Position numbers and translations under genes: made by a program. DNA of 64,000 nt from a virus. How positions within the stretch are numbered: position 1 is the stretch's first letter; the number at the start of each line of letters is the position of its first letter. Below, in pieces: positions 60,324 through 64,000 of this stretch. Under the pieces are notes generated by a model that was not told the DNA's origin, ran no database searches, and saw nothing but the letters and a program-made list of their open reading frames with translations. The stretch lies in IMG/VR virus record IMGVR_UViG_3300025849_000009. One strand, given 5' to 3'.

Positions 60324-61076
60324 TTAGTATTCAAATGGAGGTGTTCCATAATCTTTTTGTTGGATACCGTGCCATTTTCCTGCACTGAAAAAATACCACC
60401 ATCCATATTTAGTGTCGTCTACTACTTTAAATTCTTTAGGTAATTTAATACTTTTCTTAGAAGCTCTAGCAATATACTTTAATACAGGAACTCCGTCATC
60501 CCATGTTTTAGTAGTTGATCTAGCATCAACTGATTTACCGTCTGAAAATGCATCATAAACTTTAGCATCATCAATTTCATCAGCTAATGCGTCTATTGCA
60601 GATTCATATACTTTAACATCGTTTAAGAAAGTTTCAAATAATTTTACTTCTACAAAAGGTTTTAATGATTTTTTAGATTCATGAATTTTATTATCTTCAT
60701 TAGAATAAAAATCATATCCTTTACCTTCAACAAAACCATCTTTATCAAATTTAACATAACTTCCGCCCTTTATAGGATTCTTAAAATAAGCCGAACATCT
60801 AGTATTTAAATTAAGTAATTCTTTTTTAGCTTTGTTTACAGACATGTCTTCACAAAATATTCTACCACTGTGAAAACCACTAGCTACGCGTATACCTGAA
60901 CGACTTTCATAGATAACCTGCCCTGTGAATTTATAATTCTTAGCTTCATTTTTTTCAAAAGCTGTTGCTTCTTCTTCAGATTCAAATACAGCTGCTATCC
61001 ATTCTTCTGCTTTATCGAATCTGTGCCCTTTTTCTGGGTTAGATCCCCATACTGTGTATGATTTTTGTTTTGCCAT
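60324..61076 (-). CDS. Putative head-internal protein with internal KLFETF motif
   Basis: IHES...VKLFETFLNDVKVYES linker between modules. Confidence 0.6.
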   Translation of the reverse strand: MAKQKSYTVWGSNPEKGHRFDKAEEWIAAVFESEEEATAFEKNEAKNYKFTGQVIYESRSGIRVASGFHSGRIFCEDMSVNKAKKELLNLNTRCSAYFKNPIKGGSYVKFDKDGFVEGKGYDFYSNEDNKIHESKKSLKPFVEVKLFETFLNDVKVYESAIDALADEIDDAKVYDAFSDGKSVDARSTTKTWDDGVPVLKYIARASKKSIKLPKEFKVVDDTKYGWWYFFSAGKWHGIQQKDYGTPPFEY

Positions 61077-61093
61077 AATATTTTCTTTATGAT

Positions 61094-61402
61094 TTAATTA
61101 ATGTACATGTTTAATTCATATCCAGCTGTTCCACTTCTACCATATATTTGAACATGTAAAGCTTTCTTTTGCTCTTTATCGTTTTTATATAAACTTAATG
61201 TATCTTTTTTAGTTGCGCCTTCTTTTGGTTTAAAGAATGCGTCAACATATGCATTACCATATTCTTCGTTATCAAGATGATAACCCTTTACTGCTGCGTA
61301 TCTTTCAATTTCGTCTATTGTTGAAGAGTATGTTCTGTGATAAATTTGAAAATCACCTCTTGACTCACTTACATATTCTTCAAATAATTTTACCTTTTTC
61401 AT
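61094..61402 (-). CDS. KLFEE-leader protein
   Basis: MKKVKLFEEYVSE. Confidence 0.7.
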   Translation of the reverse strand: MKKVKLFEEYVSESRGDFQIYHRTYSSTIDEIERYAAVKGYHLDNEEYGNAYVDAFFKPKEGATKKDTLSLYKNDKEQKKALHVQIYGRSGTAGYELNMYIN

Positions 61403-61404
61403 TA

Positions 61405-61761
61405 TTAGAAGTTTAATTTTTTAATTTTCTTTATAATAGTTTTAACATCATCATCTTTATCGCCATATACTGGAGATTGATTAGATTTATTCCAAACTGC
61501 CATATTAACTACTGTACCGTCTGAATTAATATTATAAGATCCGCCGTCAAATTCCATACCATCAACATCTAAATCAAATGAATCTTCTTGAATATCTGGA
61601 TTAACTGTATATTCCTTTTTATCAACTTTAGAAAGTGCATCTGCAAATTTCTGTGCTACCTTTTTAGTTTCTTCTTTTGAAAGACCCGCTGGACTTTTTC
61701 TAGTTAAATGAGATATTTCACTAACATTAACAAACTCTTCAAATAGCTTTACGTGTTTCAT
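61405..61761 (-). CDS. KLFEE-leader protein
   Basis: Start moved to MKHVKLFEEFVNVSE at 61761. Confidence 0.7.
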   Translation of the reverse strand: MKHVKLFEEFVNVSEISHLTRKSPAGLSKEETKKVAQKFADALSKVDKKEYTVNPDIQEDSFDLDVDGMEFDGGSYNINSDGTVVNMAVWNKSNQSPVYGDKDDDVKTIIKKIKKLNF

Positions 61762-61787
61762 TTTATTTATGTCTTTTTTGGTTTGCA

Positions 61788-62279
61788 TTATTCCCAGTTA
61801 TCAGTGTCATCTATTGCCATTGAAAATTCTTCAGCACTAGTAACAGGTTCACTATATGTGGAGTCAGAAATATCAGTTCCACAATAAGCATATTCGCCAT
61901 CCCAGCTAAATGTGTATTCTTTTTTGTCGTTCCATGGGTTTTCACCAGTTACGTAAATAATACCACCATCCATTTCAGCTTCATAGCCGTAATCATCCTG
62001 AAGCTCCTCGAGGTGGTATTTTTTAATCCTTCTTTCGTTTACTGATTCATCAATTGCTTTTGGGTATTTAGTTTTCTTTGCTAAATCTAAAAGTTTTTTG
62101 ATATCAGAAGGATTGTTTCTATTGAACTTATCAGCATTCTTTTTATCTTTGAATATTGCAGATACTTTTTTACCATTATCATCAATCATAATGATTATAC
62201 CTTTTTTACCAAAGTGTCTTTCATCAGATACAGATATTCCTTCGTTTACGAACTGTTCGAATAATTTTACGTGTTTCAT
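61788..62279 (-). CDS. KLFEQ-leader two-module protein
   Basis: Start moved to MKHVKLFEQFVNE at 62279; internal DESVNE. Confidence 0.7.
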   Translation of the reverse strand: MKHVKLFEQFVNEGISVSDERHFGKKGIIIMIDDNGKKVSAIFKDKKNADKFNRNNPSDIKKLLDLAKKTKYPKAIDESVNERRIKKYHLEELQDDYGYEAEMDGGIIYVTGENPWNDKKEYTFSWDGEYAYCGTDISDSTYSEPVTSAEEFSMAIDDTDNWE

Positions 62280-62280
62280 T

Positions 62281-62583
62281 TTATAGTTTAAATTTGGCAT
62301 CCTTAAATGCTTTTTTAATTTGTTTAGTTACATCAGATTGAATACCTGGTCCTCTAAAACTTCCACCTATTTCATAAGCTCTTTCTTTTACAGATTCTGC
62401 GAATGATTTTGCTTCATGATAAACTTCCATTTCTAGAGCCTCTCTTCTTTCGTCTTCGTCAGCTGAAATAGTTCCATCAGCATTAGCTTCAGTGATATTT
62501 TGTTTTGTAGAAGATCCACATTTGCAATTGCCTCCACATTCACATTCGTTTATAAAATCTTCAAATAATTTAGTATGCTTCAT
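62281..62583 (-). CDS. KLFED-leader protein with CxCxxxCxC cluster
   Basis: MKHTKLFEDFINECECGGNCKCG...NITE. Confidence 0.7.
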   Translation of the reverse strand: MKHTKLFEDFINECECGGNCKCGSSTKQNITEANADGTISADEDERREALEMEVYHEAKSFAESVKERAYEIGGSFRGPGIQSDVTKQIKKAFKDAKFKL

Positions 62584-62614
62584 GATAAAATATATTTTTT
62601 ATAATCTATATATC

Positions 62615-63115
62615 CTATTTATTTAGCTCTAATTGTACTTTAGCCCAATAATGTTCTGTTCTTGGATTTTTGTAACCTCTTGGTCCACCATTCCAATTTC
62701 TTGCGATAGTTTCAAAGCCACCTTCTGGGTGGTGATAATTCTTCCAAATTATAAACATTTCAATAGATTTATTCCTACTAAATCTGTCTTTTAATTTAAA
62801 TTTCTTTTTGATTTTTTGCTTTTTTAGAATTCTATTAACTTCTCTTACCATAATAGGTCTAAGTTGTAAAACTCCAATTGAAGGCTCATCTAAATGTGTA
62901 TCGCCTATTGCAGAATCGTTACCCATAGATTCTACTTGAATTAATGCCATAATTAATTTATCAATTTTTGGCTCAATTACTATTTCTTCTATAGGTTTCG
63001 GTTCAATTGTTTCCACTGGTTCAATAAATTCTCTAGAATAATCCTCCCTATAACTAGGTGATATCATGAAAGGTAAAAAGATAATCAGTACTGTATTCCT
63101 TAGAGTATTACGCAT
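62615..63115 (-). CDS. Lysozyme-like muramidase (i-type/SLT-like) with N-terminal hydrophobic segment
   Basis: LIQVES (catalytic Glu), SIGVLQL, ARNWNGGPRGY, YWAKV. Confidence 0.75.
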   Translation of the reverse strand: MRNTLRNTVLIIFLPFMISPSYREDYSREFIEPVETIEPKPIEEIVIEPKIDKLIMALIQVESMGNDSAIGDTHLDEPSIGVLQLRPIMVREVNRILKKQKIKKKFKLKDRFSRNKSIEMFIIWKNYHHPEGGFETIARNWNGGPRGYKNPRTEHYWAKVQLELNK

Positions 63116-63124
63116 AATATTTGC

Positions 63125-63499
63125 TTAAGATAAACTAAAACTTTGTATATTTAAACTATCATTAAATTCTTTCTCTTCTTGTTTTTCCCATTTACTTGTT
63201 TCGACTCTATCGTGAACTGAAATAGGAGCATCTGACGGGAATCTTGAATCTGATGTGTAAATAAAATTACCACCAGCCATAGAATGCCTTCCACTTTTAA
63301 ATAATCCTGCAGGAACTGCGTAATTAGATTGCTTTCCAAATATTGTTCTTTCAACAAGTATCAACTCATCATCTGGAATTAAGTCAGTTTGTAAATTTGG
63401 TCCATGGTGAAGAATAATGCTATCTTCTCTAGAAGTTAAACCATTGTTTGTACAATCACCTAGTGAATTTCTTAGTACGAATGTTAAAATTGTGTCCAT
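63125..63499 (-). CDS. Conserved hypothetical phage protein (early-type)
   Basis: DCTNNGLTS, MAGGNF..TSDSRF, ISVHDR; preceded by promoter copy 7. Confidence 0.7.
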   Translation of the reverse strand: MDTILTFVLRNSLGDCTNNGLTSREDSIILHHGPNLQTDLIPDDELILVERTIFGKQSNYAVPAGLFKSGRHSMAGGNFIYTSDSRFPSDAPISVHDRVETSKWEKQEEKEFNDSLNIQSFSLS

Positions 63500-63514
63500 C
63501 TCTATTTGTTTTTA

Positions 63515-63591
63515 ATTATACTACTAATATACCAAAAAAAAGCCAAATAAAAAAATATTTGGCTTATTATTTTCTAAAAAGTTACGAACAA
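63515..63591 (-). promoter_or_regulatory. Repeated early promoter, copy 7
   Basis: Reverse complement reads TTGTTCGTAACTTTT ... TGGTATATTAGTAGTATAAT. Confidence 0.75.
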
Positions 63592-63592
63592 T

Positions 63593-64000
63593 TTAAAATA
63601 CGAATTGAAAAGTCTTTAATAGATCTTTAGCTTTAATAGAATCTGCTTCTACGCCAAACTCATCATATAATTTTTGGTACATTTCATCCCATAAATCTTG
63701 ATCTGCTAAATCATTTAATACATCTTTATTATCTTTAATAAATCTTTTTACATCACCTCTGATATCTTCATTAACTTCAGTGTCTACTGCAAATTTTTCA
63801 ACTAATGAATCCAATGTTACTTTTTCAGTAACTACTGATTCTTCTAATTCGTCAATAAATTCTTGAACATCACCACCGTCATTTAATGAGTATGTAAATT
63901 CATCTTTAGCTTTATTAGAAATAATTACAGTATCGCCTTTGATTTCAGCCTTCATGTTTTTCATTCCTTGAAGTGCTTGTTGAATAAGTATTAAAGCATC
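63593..64000 (-). CDS. 3' part of a multi-module protein with ESVVTE/EVNE linkers (starts beyond the window)
   Basis: Frame stays open to the window edge (DALILIQQALQG precedes the track Met). Confidence 0.65.
   Translation of the reverse strand, partial: DALILIQQALQGMKNMKAEIKGDTVIISNKAKDEFTYSLNDGGDVQEFIDELEESVVTEKVTLDSLVEKFAVDTEVNEDIRGDVKRFIKDNKDVLNDLADQDLWDEMYQKLYDEFGVEADSIKAKDLLKTFQFVF

Noticed and set aside
1-64000. Giant eukaryotic virus or bacterial chromosome origin
   Set aside because: PLOD-like and GT60 genes suggest NCLDV, but overlapping operons, intrinsic terminators, Bacteroidota promoters, ClpP/KdsB and a gp42-like gene favour a phage. The absence of housekeeping synteny argues against a chromosome.
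1-64000. Stop-codon reassignment, tRNA/rRNA genes, integrase/transposase or DGR
   Set aside because: Recognisable genes are full-length in the standard code with TAA, TAG and TGA stops; no cloverleaf, rRNA, recombinase or reverse transcriptase was recognised by eye.

Overview
AT-rich, densely coding segment that reads as part of a large (jumbo, T4-like) bacteriophage genome, most likely infecting Bacteroidota/Flavobacteriia. Support: TTTG-N19-TAnnTTnG promoters, A-rich leaders without Shine-Dalgarno sites, an SprB-like repeat and a T4 gp42-like enzyme. No terminase, capsid or portal gene is in the window, so the phage call is an inference. Layout: (1) 0.1-21 kb, minus strand: protein-modifying enzymes (a GT25-lysyl-hydroxylase fusion, GT4, a KpsS-like GT-B, DUF2827, a J-domain protein) interleaved with very large low-complexity fibre proteins (two Thr/Ser/Trp-rich periodic proteins, one ending in a Hint domain, and Pro-poor Gly-X-Y collagen-like proteins). 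(2) 21-31 kb: ClpP, N-domain-less ClpC, dCMP-hydroxymethylase-like TS, ThyA, KdsB, KdsD-like SIS, MgsA, 2OG-Fe(II) oxygenase. (3) 31-38 kb: a GC-richer non-coding block with oriented CTCTG repeats, a plus-strand island of probable early genes behind repeated host-type promoters, two candidate ncRNAs and an MraZ-box-like array. (4) 38-56 kb: a second glycosylation operon (epimerase, HtrL/WlaTC, FkbM, two GT-A-like, GT60) next to vWA-Hint, collagen-like and Pro-Thr-linker structural proteins. (5) 56-64 kb: proteins carrying a T4 capsid-targeting-like MKxxKLFEEFxxE leader and internal ESVNE linkers, plus a lysozyme. Best candidate for an undescribed system: a phage-encoded, eukaryote-like collagen/mucin modification pathway (Lys hydroxylation, hydroxylysine glycosylation, Thr O-GlcNAcylation, possibly Kdo capping) that builds a glycosylated fibre coat on the virion. 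All family assignments come from motif recognition by eye, not from database searches.
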